The notes below the pieces were generated by a model that made no database searches, had not been told where the DNA came from, and saw nothing but the letters and a program-made list of their open reading frames with translations. Both the position numbers and the translations under genes were made by a program. This document shows positions 27,909 to 36,560 of a stretch of DNA of 64,000 nt, piece by piece. Source of the DNA: Verrucomicrobiota bacterium (lineage in GTDB: Bacteria; Verrucomicrobiota; Verrucomicrobiia; Chthoniobacterales; Chthoniobacteraceae); contig JBEBAG010000288.1 of the NCBI GenBank assembly GCA_041159065.1, forward strand, positions 380 to 64,379. Direction: 5' to 3'. The stretch's first letter is position 1, and the number at the start of each line of letters is the position of its first letter.

Positions 27909-28824
27909 GACACTCTCCTTTCTGCTCGCGTTTCTGGGCATTGCTTTTGCCGTCCAGTTGGTCCTCCGCCAAAAAGCGCCCCTTCCCACGTCTGCCCCCC
28001 TGGCGGAACCCGCCTCCGCACCGTATCCCCATTCCATCGGCGCGCGTGGCATTGTGGAGAGTGTGAACGAGAATGTCCGCATCTCGCCGGCCGTTCCCGG
28101 GCTGGTGGCGAAGATTCCGGTGCGCGTGGGGCAGGAGGTTCGGGCGGGGGAGGTGCTCATCGAGCAGGACTCGCGGGATGCGTCCGCCTTGGTGGAGGTG
28201 CAGCGCGCCAATCTGGCGTCGCTGAAGGCCTCGTTGCGCGAGGCGGAGGTGGCGTTGGCGGATCGGCAGGACCAGTGGGGGCGCATCGAGCAACTGCGGG
28301 AGAGCAAGGTCGTGAGCGTGGATGAAAAGCAGCGCACCCTTTTTGCCCTGGAGGCCGCGAAAAGCCGTCTGGAATCCAGGAAGGCAGAGATTGCTGCGGC
28401 GCAGGCGCTTCTGAACAAGGCGGAGGTTCAGCGGGAGCTTTTGGTGGTGCGTGCCCCGCGCGACGGGACGATCCTGCAGGTCAACCTGCGCGCCGGCGAA
28501 TTCGCGTCGCTCAATCCGGCGGAAACGCCGATCCTTTTGGGGTACACCCGTCAGCTCCAGCTTCGAGCGGACGTTGACGAGGACAACGCCTTTGAGGTCC
28601 GCCCCCAGTGCGAGGCGACGGCGTTTATCAAAGGCAAACGCGACCAGCCCATTCCCCTCCGCTTCGTGCGGATCGAGCCCTACATCCTGCCCAAACGTTC
28701 CCTCTCCGGAGAGAGCAGTGAGCGCGTCGACACCCGTGTGTTGCAGGTGATCTTCCTTTTTGATCGGCCGGAGGTCCCTGTGTACGTGGGGCAGCAGATG
28801 GACGTCTTTCTCAAGGGGCTCTAG
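27901..28824 (+). CDS. HlyD-family secretion/adaptor protein (DevB-like)
   Basis: Track ORF 27874-28824, trimmed to ATG 27901 ([22 protein letters not shown]), overlapping the ATPase stop by 8 nt. ARGIVESVNENVRISPAVPGLVAKIPVRVGQEVRAGEVLIEQD, coiled coil, VVRAPRDGTILQVNLRAGEF. Confidence 0.8.
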   Translation: MFRTLSFLLAFLGIAFAVQLVLRQKAPLPTSAPLAEPASAPYPHSIGARGIVESVNENVRISPAVPGLVAKIPVRVGQEVRAGEVLIEQDSRDASALVEVQRANLASLKASLREAEVALADRQDQWGRIEQLRESKVVSVDEKQRTLFALEAAKSRLESRKAEIAAAQALLNKAEVQRELLVVRAPRDGTILQVNLRAGEFASLNPAETPILLGYTRQLQLRADVDEDNAFEVRPQCEATAFIKGKRDQPIPLRFVRIEPYILPKRSLSGESSERVDTRVLQVIFLFDRPEVPVYVGQQMDVFLKGL

Positions 28825-28894
28825 GGCGCCCGGGGCGGAGGGCTCGAATTGTTCTAAGTTTCGGTGTGCGGACTGCTTGCCATGGAGTTGCACT

Positions 28895-30337
28895 ATGAAG
28901 CGTTCATTTATTTCTCTTTTTGGGCGTGGGGAAGTCCCGCTTGGGGGGCTTCCGCCCGCAGGCCGGGTGGGTCGTCAGGTTCGAACCCATGCGGGAACAT
29001 TTTGGAGTCTCGCGGCGGCGCTGTGCGTTGGGGCGCTGGAGATTCGGGGAACGGCCGCGGAGGCGGCTGCGCTGCGTGACGACCGGGCGCTTCCGGCGGA
29101 GGGGAGTGCTCTGCCCGGCGAGGGGGCGCTGCGGCGTCAGGAATGGTTCACCAAGCTATGGCAAAAGCTGCGCAGCGACTGGGCGACGCGTGTGGAGGCC
29201 GATCAGAAGGCGGTGGTGTTTTTGGGGGATTCGATCACGCAGGGGTGGGGGCCTCAGTTCAAGGGGCGTTTTTCCGGGGTGAAGCTGGCCAATCGGGGCA
29301 TCAGCGGGGACACAACCCATGGGATGCTGATCCGGCTCGGGGAGGACGTGCTCGACCTGAATCCGTCGGCGATCGTGATGTTGATGGGCACCAACGACAT
29401 CGAAATCGGAGTGGAGCCGGAGGCGATCGGACGCAATTTTCAAAAGATCCTGCAGGCGATCAAGGCGCGGCATCCGGCCGTGCCCATCGTGCTCTGCCGG
29501 ATCCTGCCCAGCTCGGAGACGAAGAAGCGGCCTGTGGAGACTATCAAAAAGGTGAACGCCCTTTTTGAAGCGGCGGTGAAAGGCGACCCGCAGGTCACGG
29601 TGGTCGATACTTGGACGCTGTTCGCGAATGCGTCCGGGGAGGCCGATCCCGCCTGGTTCCCCGATCTGCTCCACCTCAACGAGGCTGGTTACCAGCGTTG
29701 GGGCGCCGCGCTGCACACCATCTTCGCGACGCTTGGATTCGTCGACACGGCCGAGGATTCCTTCGTGCCGGAATCGGGCTTCATCAGCCTGTTCAATGGG
29801 CGTGATCTGAGCGGCTGGGGGTTTCGTCCGACTCCCCCGAGGAAGCCCTCTGCGACTCCTCCGAAGCCGGATGCGCCGGTGTTTGTGGAGGTGAAGGAGG
29901 CGGAGACGTTTGAGGGAAAGACGGTCAGTTCCGATGGGCGTTACCGGGCGATCCACGGGCGTTTGGTGGTGGCGACTCCACCGGAGGGGCGCCGGATCCA
30001 GCAGATTTCGACGACGCAGGAGTTTGGCGGCAACTTTGTGTTGAGGCTGGAGTTTCGGGCCTCGCCGAACGCGGACAGCGGCGTGTTCATCCGGCAGCCG
30101 CAGCTGCAGTGCCGGGATTATTTGCTGGCGGGACCGTACAAGGATCTGAAGCAGTACCGTCCGCAGGACTGGAACGAGCTGGAGGTCACGGTGCGGGACG
30201 GGGTGGCGGTGGCGACGTGCAACGGCGAGCTGCTCACGGACAACTTCAAGGTGCCCGAGACGGGCCCGATCGGGCTCGAGGGCGACCGCGGACAGATGGA
30301 GTACCGCCGGATCCGGCTGAAGCCTCTGGCGCCCTAG
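28895..30337 (+). CDS. SGNH/GDSL hydrolase fused to a C-terminal DUF1080 (3-keto-disaccharide-hydrolase-like) domain
   Basis: Track ORF 28760-30337, trimmed to ATG 28895 (MKRSFISLF...). SGNH blocks VVFLGDSITQGW, GISGDTT, LMGTNDI, DLLHLNEAGY. These are followed by FISLFNGRDLSGWGF, SGVFIR and GPIGLEGDRGQMEYRRIRLKPL, typical of DUF1080. Confidence 0.8.
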   Translation: MKRSFISLFGRGEVPLGGLPPAGRVGRQVRTHAGTFWSLAAALCVGALEIRGTAAEAAALRDDRALPAEGSALPGEGALRRQEWFTKLWQKLRSDWATRVEADQKAVVFLGDSITQGWGPQFKGRFSGVKLANRGISGDTTHGMLIRLGEDVLDLNPSAIVMLMGTNDIEIGVEPEAIGRNFQKILQAIKARHPAVPIVLCRILPSSETKKRPVETIKKVNALFEAAVKGDPQVTVVDTWTLFANASGEADPAWFPDLLHLNEAGYQRWGAALHTIFATLGFVDTAEDSFVPESGFISLFNGRDLSGWGFRPTPPRKPSATPPKPDAPVFVEVKEAETFEGKTVSSDGRYRAIHGRLVVATPPEGRRIQQISTTQEFGGNFVLRLEFRASPNADSGVFIRQPQLQCRDYLLAGPYKDLKQYRPQDWNELEVTVRDGVAVATCNGELLTDNFKVPETGPIGLEGDRGQMEYRRIRLKPLAP

Positions 30338-33300
30338 GGGACCCGGGGCGCGTTTGGGGGGCGTTTGGGGGGCTCCTCGTCGGTTTCGAGGGCCTCGAGC
30401 GAAGCTTTGAGGTTGGCGGAGCCGGGGATGGCGTCGAGTCCCCGGCGGAGGGCTTCGCGCGCGGCGGCGAGGTTCTTTCGTTGGCGCTGCAGCTTGGATT
30501 CGAGGAGGTAGGCCTCCTCGTATGAGGGGAGATTTTTTTGGGCGCTGAGGAAGAAGCGAACGGCCTCTTCCGTCTGCTGTTTTTTTGCGGCGAGCATTCC
30601 CTCGATCAGGTCGGCGTTGGCGAGGACTTCGGAGTCCTTGGTGAGGCGGGCCTTCGGGAGCGCGTTCGCCGCGCCTTGAAGGTCGCCCTCCTGGAAGAGG
30701 AAAAAGGCGAGCCCCGACCACGCGCGGGCGTGGGAGGGATCGGTGGCGACTGCGTTTTCGAAAGCCGCTCGGGCGAGGTCCTTGCGGTTGGCATTCACGT
30801 AGGCCACGGCTTTTTCATAGAGCGCGAGGCTTCGCGCGTAGCGTTCGCTTTCCTCGAAGAGGGTTTCCAGTTTCCGGAGGGCCTCGCCTTGCGCGGGAAG
30901 CGCGGCCTTTGCGGAGGCCACGCAGCGCCCCGCGGCGGCGAAGTCGTTGGAGTCGATGAAGCGTCGGACCCGGGCGTCGTACCACGCGAGGGGATCCCAG
31001 TCGCGCAGCAGGGAGTCGGCGGGAAAGTCGACGGAGAAGGGGACGAGCGCGATGGCTTCGGAGGTCTTGCCCGGCTGGATCGATGCCGTGGTGATGATGT
31101 CCTTGGGAGCTCGGTACTCCACGATGGGTCGGTCATCGGTGTTGAGTTCGGCTTTCTGGAACTGGGAGGCGAAGGAATCCAGGCGGCAGGCCCAGCGCAC
31201 GGCGACATGCTTGGGGTCGTCAATTCGGGACTGGGTGAGGAGCTGGCGGGCCCGTTCGGTGGAAAGGCGCGAAAGGTCGAGTGCGCGATCCTCGGGGGCG
31301 GCGATGAGCAGCAAATCCTGCGAGTAATCGACGCAGAAAACTTGGGCGCGCGGAAACACCTCGGAGAAGGAACGGAGCAGCGAGGCGAGGGTTTCCCGGG
31401 AAATTTCGTAGAGCTGGATCCACTGACAAAACACGCCGGTGGGCTCGAGTTTGGCCCGAACGCGCTGGTAAAAGTCGACGGTGAACAGATTGTTCACCCC
31501 GGCCATCCACGGGTTGGAGGGTTCGGAAACGATGAGTCCGTAGCGGCCCGGAGCGTGCAGGAGATGAGCGCGCGCATCCTGGAGGACGGTCGTGGTGCGG
31601 GGGTCGTCGAGGGGATCCTTTCCCGGTTCATGGAAGCGGCGGGACGCCTCGAGGACGGTGCGCTCCATCTCGACGATTTCGAGCGAACCCACGCCTCCGG
31701 CGAGCATGGCGGCCGCGGTGATTCCCGAACCATGGCCGACAACCAACGCTCGGGAATCGGGAAGCGCCAAGGCCGCAGGGAGCAGGCCGGAGAGGGTCTG
31801 GGTTTGCATGTCTCCATCGGAGGAGGCTTCGACTTTCCCTCCGATGCGGAGTGAGATGGTCTGGTTGGGGAGGTAGCGCTGGAGCAGGACGGAGGCGTTC
31901 TGTCCCTCGTGGTAGAGGAGAATCTCGGATTTCTGAGCGGCCTTTTGGACTGCGGTGCGGGAATTGGGGTCCAGTTTCTGGACCTGTTGGGCGAGGCTGG
32001 GTCGGTAGAGTCCGACTGACATGGAGGCGGGATCCCACGCGGGGGCGGTGAGCAGGGCGGCGAGGGTGATCGCGGCGGAAAGGAGCGCCACGGGGGGGAG
32101 GGAGGGGGCAGAGGAATGGGGGGGATGCCGCAGCCTGGCCTGCAGCAGCAGGGCGACAGCTCCGGCTGCGGCGAGGGCAATGCCGAGGATGTGGGTGCCC
32201 TGCACGCCGAGGGCTGGCAGAAGGACAAAGCTCGAGATCAGGCTCCCCGCGATGGCGCCAACGGTGTTCAGCGCGTAGGCGAAGCCCGCGGCGTGGCCGC
32301 TTCCCTGGGTCTGGAGCAGTCGCCCTCCCACGGGGAAGAGTGCGCCCAGAAGGAGGCAGGGCAGCCCGATGACCGTGGCCACCAAGGTGGACTCGGAAAC
32401 CAGCATGCGGGGCCAATCTCCCTGGGTGGCAATCACGACCTCGAGCGTGCGGCGGGGCAGGTTGGGGAAGAGGTGCAGGCCCAGCGCGGAGGTGGCCGCA
32501 AGGAGCATTTGCAGCAGTCCCAATCCCGAGAGCGAGCTGAGACGCGGCAGCCATGGAGCGATCAGGAAGCTGCCGAGGGCGATGCCCAAAAGATACACCC
32601 CGAGCACCGCCGAAAACGAGTAGACGCTGGAGCCCAACACCAGCCCGAAAAGGCGCACCCAAGCCATCTGGAAGGCCAGCGCGCCGAAGCCCGACGCCAC
32701 AAACACGAGGGCCACGATCGTGCGGGAGGATTTGTCCAAGGGAACGAAGGAGGCCTCGGTTTCCTCGATGGAATCGGGTTGCGAGCCCGCCTCGGCGGAG
32801 GGCTTTCGCAGGGTCCATGCGATGGCTGCGACGCCGAGATTCAGGGCGGCGGCGACGAGGGTACTTTTGCTCAGGCCGATCTGGGGGATCAGGGCGAAGC
32901 CGGCGAGCAGCGACCCCAGAACGGCTCCGAGCGTGTTGAGTCCGTACAGGACCGCCAGGCCCGCCTCGATGCGCAACCGCGCTGTGTGGGCGACGAGCAC
33001 GGGAAGGGTGGCTCCCATGAGGGCTGCCGGGGGCAGCAGGAGGAGCGTGAGCAGCCCGAACCGGGCGCAGGCGAAGGCGCTGCTTTGGCCGCCGAGATTC
33101 TGGTAAAGCGCCCCGACCAGGGGTTCCGACATGCGGATGAGCGGCAGCAGCAGCAGCCCGAAGAGGGCGACGCCGACCTCCAGCAAGGCGTAGATGCGCG
33201 CCCCATCCGGCCTTCGGCTCAGGGGCACTCCGAGAACGCGGGCGCCCAGGGCGAGTCCACCGAGGAAGGCCACCACCACCGCGGCGACGGCTTGGAGGGA

Positions 33301-33435
33301 GCTGCCCAGCACCAGCGTGAGTTGTTTGGACCAGATGACCTCGTAAAGCAGCCCCGCCGCGCCCGATACGCAGAAGCAAAAGGTGATCCACAAAGGCATG
33401 CGCGGGGAAACGCGGGAGGGGGGCGGGAGGGACAT
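30334..33435 (-). CDS. fused polytopic-membrane / spermidine-synthase-like / TPR protein (1033 aa)
   Basis: N-terminal membrane domain of about 480 aa (MPLWITFCFCVSGAAGLLYEVIWSKQLTLVLGSS...). Rossmann-type ALVVGHGSGITAAAML and YGLIVSEPSNPWMAGVNNLFT as in spermidine synthases. TPR-like C-terminal helical repeats. An alternative start at 33399 is possible. Confidence 0.8.
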   Translation of the reverse strand: MSLPPPSRVSPRMPLWITFCFCVSGAAGLLYEVIWSKQLTLVLGSSLQAVAAVVVAFLGGLALGARVLGVPLSRRPDGARIYALLEVGVALFGLLLLPLIRMSEPLVGALYQNLGGQSSAFACARFGLLTLLLLPPAALMGATLPVLVAHTARLRIEAGLAVLYGLNTLGAVLGSLLAGFALIPQIGLSKSTLVAAALNLGVAAIAWTLRKPSAEAGSQPDSIEETEASFVPLDKSSRTIVALVFVASGFGALAFQMAWVRLFGLVLGSSVYSFSAVLGVYLLGIALGSFLIAPWLPRLSSLSGLGLLQMLLAATSALGLHLFPNLPRRTLEVVIATQGDWPRMLVSESTLVATVIGLPCLLLGALFPVGGRLLQTQGSGHAAGFAYALNTVGAIAGSLISSFVLLPALGVQGTHILGIALAAAGAVALLLQARLRHPPHSSAPSLPPVALLSAAITLAALLTAPAWDPASMSVGLYRPSLAQQVQKLDPNSRTAVQKAAQKSEILLYHEGQNASVLLQRYLPNQTISLRIGGKVEASSDGDMQTQTLSGLLPAALALPDSRALVVGHGSGITAAAMLAGGVGSLEIVEMERTVLEASRRFHEPGKDPLDDPRTTTVLQDARAHLLHAPGRYGLIVSEPSNPWMAGVNNLFTVDFYQRVRAKLEPTGVFCQWIQLYEISRETLASLLRSFSEVFPRAQVFCVDYSQDLLLIAAPEDRALDLSRLSTERARQLLTQSRIDDPKHVAVRWACRLDSFASQFQKAELNTDDRPIVEYRAPKDIITTASIQPGKTSEAIALVPFSVDFPADSLLRDWDPLAWYDARVRRFIDSNDFAAAGRCVASAKAALPAQGEALRKLETLFEESERYARSLALYEKAVAYVNANRKDLARAAFENAVATDPSHARAWSGLAFFLFQEGDLQGAANALPKARLTKDSEVLANADLIEGMLAAKKQQTEEAVRFFLSAQKNLPSYEEAYLLESKLQRQRKNLAAAREALRRGLDAIPGSANLKASLEALETDEEPPKRPPNAPRVP

Positions 33436-33512
33436 AGGGAGGGCGAGGATGCCAGCATCGACAGCCGGGAGTCAGGTTTCGTTTCAAGGGGGGGAACCCT
33501 CGAAGCGCGGGG

Positions 33513-34196
33513 TTATGCAGGGGAAGTCCACTCCTCCCAGCGGGAAATATGCTGGCGGAGCAGGCGCTCGGCTTCGTCCGGTTTTTTCTGGGCGATGGCC
33601 TCCACGATGCGGGAGTGGTCGGCGGTGGAGGATTTGGATTCCGCGAGGGAGGTTGCGGTGCAGTAGGCGCGGAAGCTGCGCACGAGCAGGGTTTCGAGCG
33701 GCCAGCGGAGGGTTTGCCAGGAGGCGAGGAGCCAGGGATGGTGGGCGCTCAGGCAGAGCCGTTCGTGGAATTGCACGTCCCGTTGGGCGAGGGCCTCGGG
33801 GGAGTGGGCCGCATCGAATGCCGCGATATTTTCGCGAAGCGCCTCCAGATCGGAGGCGAGAGCGGAGGTCGAAGCGAGGCGGGCGGCGAAGCCCTCGAGT
33901 TGAATCCGAAGGGAGGCGAGGTGGCGGGCATCCTCGGCGGAGAAGCTGCGTACCATCCACTTGCCCTGCGGGGAGCGAACGAGGAGTCCATCGCGTTCCA
34001 TCTGGAAGAGGGCTTCGCGCACGGGGACCCGGCTGACGCCGAGTTCCTGGGCGAGCTGGCACTCGGGGACGGGGGAGAGGGGGGGGATTTGGCCGAGGGC
34101 GATTTGGGAGCGGAGTGCGGCGAGCACTTGATCGGAGACGGAGATTCGGAGGATGGGGGGGCAGGGGAAGGGGGAGGCGGAGGGGCGGGAGGCCAT
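33513..34196 (-). CDS. GntR-family transcriptional regulator (FadR/FCD-type C-domain)
   Basis: wHTH PECQLAQELGVSRVPVREALFQMERDGLLVRS followed by an all-helical C-terminal domain. 77 nt upstream of the spermidine-synthase-like gene on the same strand. Confidence 0.85.
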   Translation of the reverse strand: MASRPSASPFPCPPILRISVSDQVLAALRSQIALGQIPPLSPVPECQLAQELGVSRVPVREALFQMERDGLLVRSPQGKWMVRSFSAEDARHLASLRIQLEGFAARLASTSALASDLEALRENIAAFDAAHSPEALAQRDVQFHERLCLSAHHPWLLASWQTLRWPLETLLVRSFRAYCTATSLAESKSSTADHSRIVEAIAQKKPDEAERLLRQHISRWEEWTSPA

Positions 34197-34300
34197 GGCG
34201 TATTCTGTATACCAAGGAAATCCGTCCGGCGCACGGATTTGGACGGGAGGGATGCCGGAGGGTTCGGGGGGAGGGGCCGAAAATCGGGCGCTGGCGCCGG

Positions 34301-34348
34301 GATTTATATAAAAAAGCGCTTGCCCTCCTGCGGGTCAGCGTGCACTGT
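34301..34348 (+). promoter_or_regulatory. candidate promoter with AT-rich UP-like tract for the initiator tRNA gene
   Basis: gatttatataaaaaag (34301-34316) is the most AT-rich tract in this neighbourhood. It is followed by TTGCCC (34320-34325), a 17-nt spacer, then cactgt. The predicted start would lie about 10 nt before the mature tRNA 5' end at 34365. The -10 element is poor, so this is tentative. Confidence 0.3.
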
Positions 34349-34364
34349 ACGCAACCCAATCAAT

Positions 34365-34441
<77 letters not shown>

Positions 34442-34474
34442 CTTTCAGTTCGCTTTTAGAACGCCTTTTCAAGG

Positions 34475-34506
34475 CCCGCGGATCGCTCTCCGCGGGTCCT
34501 TTTTAT
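34475..34506 (+). terminator. Rho-independent terminator after tRNA-fMet
   Basis: CCCGCGGA (34475-34482) / loop tcgctc / TCCGCGGG (34489-34496), a perfect 8-bp GC-rich stem followed by tcctttttat. Confidence 0.65.
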
Positions 34507-34588
34507 GCCCGCTTCGCAGGTCCCGGGGCCTCACTCTGCCGGGGCTCGGGAGTTGAATGCGCCCACCCGGTGGACTTAGGGGTGGGGC

Positions 34589-36184
34589 ATGCCTCCCGTC
34601 TCCCGCTGCCTTCCCCTCCTCCTTGGGTTTCTGTTTTCCGTGCCCATGCCCCTGCCGGCCTCCGCCGCCGAGGGACCCGGCTTCTGGCCGCAGGCCGCGG
34701 GGCCGCGGGCCGATTGGACGTCGGATTCCAAGGACGCGCCGGTTTCGTGGAGCGTTGCGTTGAATCAAAACATCGCTTGGAAGACCACGCTGCCCGAGAC
34801 CGGGCAGAGCGGGATCGCCGTCTGGGGCAACCGGTTGTTTCTGACGACCATGAAGCCGCTTGAGCCGGACTCCAAAAAGCGCACGGGAAGCGCGGTGGTG
34901 GGGTATTGTTTGGATGCGGATTCGGGATCGATCCTGTGGACCGTGGAGCTGCCGGGGGTGGAGGAAAGCACCTACGCGTATGGGTTCAGCGATTCCTCTT
35001 CACCCACGCCGGTGACGGACGGTGAGCATGTGTGGTTTTTCAACGCGAGTGGCTCGGTGGGATGCTGGGATTATGCGGGCAAGCCGGTGTGGCTGCGGAC
35101 GTGGACTCCGACCAAGGGGCGTCCATTTAACAAGCAATTCGAGCCGATGCTGGCGGGGGACACGCTTCTGAATATGGAGCCTCGGGACGAGGGCGACCCG
35201 AAGCGGGAGCAGGATCCTTGGAACTACCTGCGGGGTCTGGATAAGCGCACGGGCAGGACCCTGTGGGTATCCGACGACGCGCTGACCCACTACAACACGC
35301 CGGGGCTGGGGGTGCTGCCAGACGGGATGCGGGTGGTGTTGCAGGGGCGGGGAGGACACCACGGGGTTCCGGAGGCCCCGGTGGGGATGAGCGCGACCAG
35401 CCTCATGCCGGGCGAGGAGGGGCGTACGGTGTGGCGTTACGAGGGGGAGGGCCGCGCCCTGTACACCATGCAGATGGATGGGCGGTACGCTTACTGGTGG
35501 AACGAGTCGGATCGCGTGGAGGTGCTGGATTCCAGCACGGGCAAGAGGGTGAGGACGCTTTCCCTGAGCGAGCGGGTGGATTTGCGGCGGTTTCGTCCGG
35601 AGTCGGGTCGTTACGAGTTGGAGGAGGGGGTGGCGCTTGCACAGGTGCTTCCCGAGCAGAAGGTTTTCCCGGCATGGTTCACCAATGTGCAGTGCGGCAA
35701 TTTTCTGTATTTCCTGTGCTTCTCGGAGCGGAAGTATGGCCCGGCGCATTGCGTCGGTCGGGTGCATGGGGAGAGTGGCAAAGTGGAGTATTTGGAAGTG
35801 CCGGTGCAGGTGGTGCGCCGTCCGGGAGAGGCGGAGTCGAGGATCTGGGGGGAGCCGCAGGCGAGTTCAACGGTGAATGCGCGTGGAATCGATGTGGCGG
35901 GGGACAAACGCTCGAAGCGGGACGGATGGTACTGGTGCATGCTGGGGAATCCGACGGTGTTGGGCGGGCGGGTGTACTTCACCACGATGCTGGGCGTGAC
36001 GTACGTGCTGGACGGACTCGCTCCGGTGCTGGATGAGAAGGCGCTCCTCTCCGTGAACGATCTGGGCAAGGCCGGGGAGACGTGGAGTCTGAACACCCTG
36101 AGCGGCGCGGGAGACCGGCTCTACCATCGCAGCATGCGCGAGGTGGTGTGCATTCGGAATCAGCCCAGCGCCGGGCGGCCCTGA
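34589..36184 (+). CDS. secreted PQQ-like/BamB-like beta-propeller repeat protein
   Basis: Signal peptide MPPVSRCLPLLLGFLFSVPMPLPASA. NIAWKTTLPETGQSGIAVWGNRLFLTT, GSILWTVELPG, GKPVWLRTW and GRTLWVSDD are recurring propeller-blade motifs. Confidence 0.7.
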   Translation: MPPVSRCLPLLLGFLFSVPMPLPASAAEGPGFWPQAAGPRADWTSDSKDAPVSWSVALNQNIAWKTTLPETGQSGIAVWGNRLFLTTMKPLEPDSKKRTGSAVVGYCLDADSGSILWTVELPGVEESTYAYGFSDSSSPTPVTDGEHVWFFNASGSVGCWDYAGKPVWLRTWTPTKGRPFNKQFEPMLAGDTLLNMEPRDEGDPKREQDPWNYLRGLDKRTGRTLWVSDDALTHYNTPGLGVLPDGMRVVLQGRGGHHGVPEAPVGMSATSLMPGEEGRTVWRYEGEGRALYTMQMDGRYAYWWNESDRVEVLDSSTGKRVRTLSLSERVDLRRFRPESGRYELEEGVALAQVLPEQKVFPAWFTNVQCGNFLYFLCFSERKYGPAHCVGRVHGESGKVEYLEVPVQVVRRPGEAESRIWGEPQASSTVNARGIDVAGDKRSKRDGWYWCMLGNPTVLGGRVYFTTMLGVTYVLDGLAPVLDEKALLSVNDLGKAGETWSLNTLSGAGDRLYHRSMREVVCIRNQPSAGRP

Positions 36185-36292
36185 GGGGAGCGGGGGGCGC
36201 TTTTCCAGCGCGCGGGCGGGGTTTCGTTCCGTCCCGTTTTTCCTCTTGCGGGAGGGGTTTCGGGGCGAATACAGTCCCGCCCCTTCAGTCTT

Positions 36293-36378
36293 GGGTAGAT
36301 ACCGAAGTGGCCAAACGGGGCGGACTGTAAATCCGCTGGCTTACGCCTTCGCTGGTTCGAATCCAGCTCTGCCCACCA
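36293..36378 (+). tRNA. tRNA-Tyr (anticodon GTA), class II with long variable arm, CCA encoded
   Basis: 86 nt: GGGTAGATACCGAAGTGGCCAAACGGGGCGGACTGTAAATCCGCTGGCTTACGCCTTCGCTGGTTCGAATCCAGCTCTGCCCACCA. Hand fold: 7-bp acceptor stem (one G-U), 3-bp D stem, anticodon loop CTGTAAA, variable stem GGC/GCC, T-loop TTCGAAT. Confidence 0.93.
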
Positions 36379-36560
36379 CTGAGATCCGAAACGGTGCGCA
36401 AAAGGTCCCGGGGAAGAAGAGCGAGGATCCTGAAGGGTCCGCAGGCAAGCGCGGGGGGAGGAAGTCGGGAAGGGGGGCGGGTCTGTTGATCGGGATTCCT
36501 CAGAAAATCCATGGAAACAAAGTCTGTTACGCGCGCGGCTTTTTAGTGTGATAAGGGTAT

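Noticed and set aside
36379-36560. Promoter or operator in the leader of the MoxR operon (TTACGC-17 nt-GATAAG close to the ATG; GTCTGTT occurring twice at 36481 and 36522)
   Set aside because: The hexamers match the consensus poorly. A 7-nt repeat within about 180 nt is expected by chance. PVC promoter consensus is not well enough known to me to make a call.
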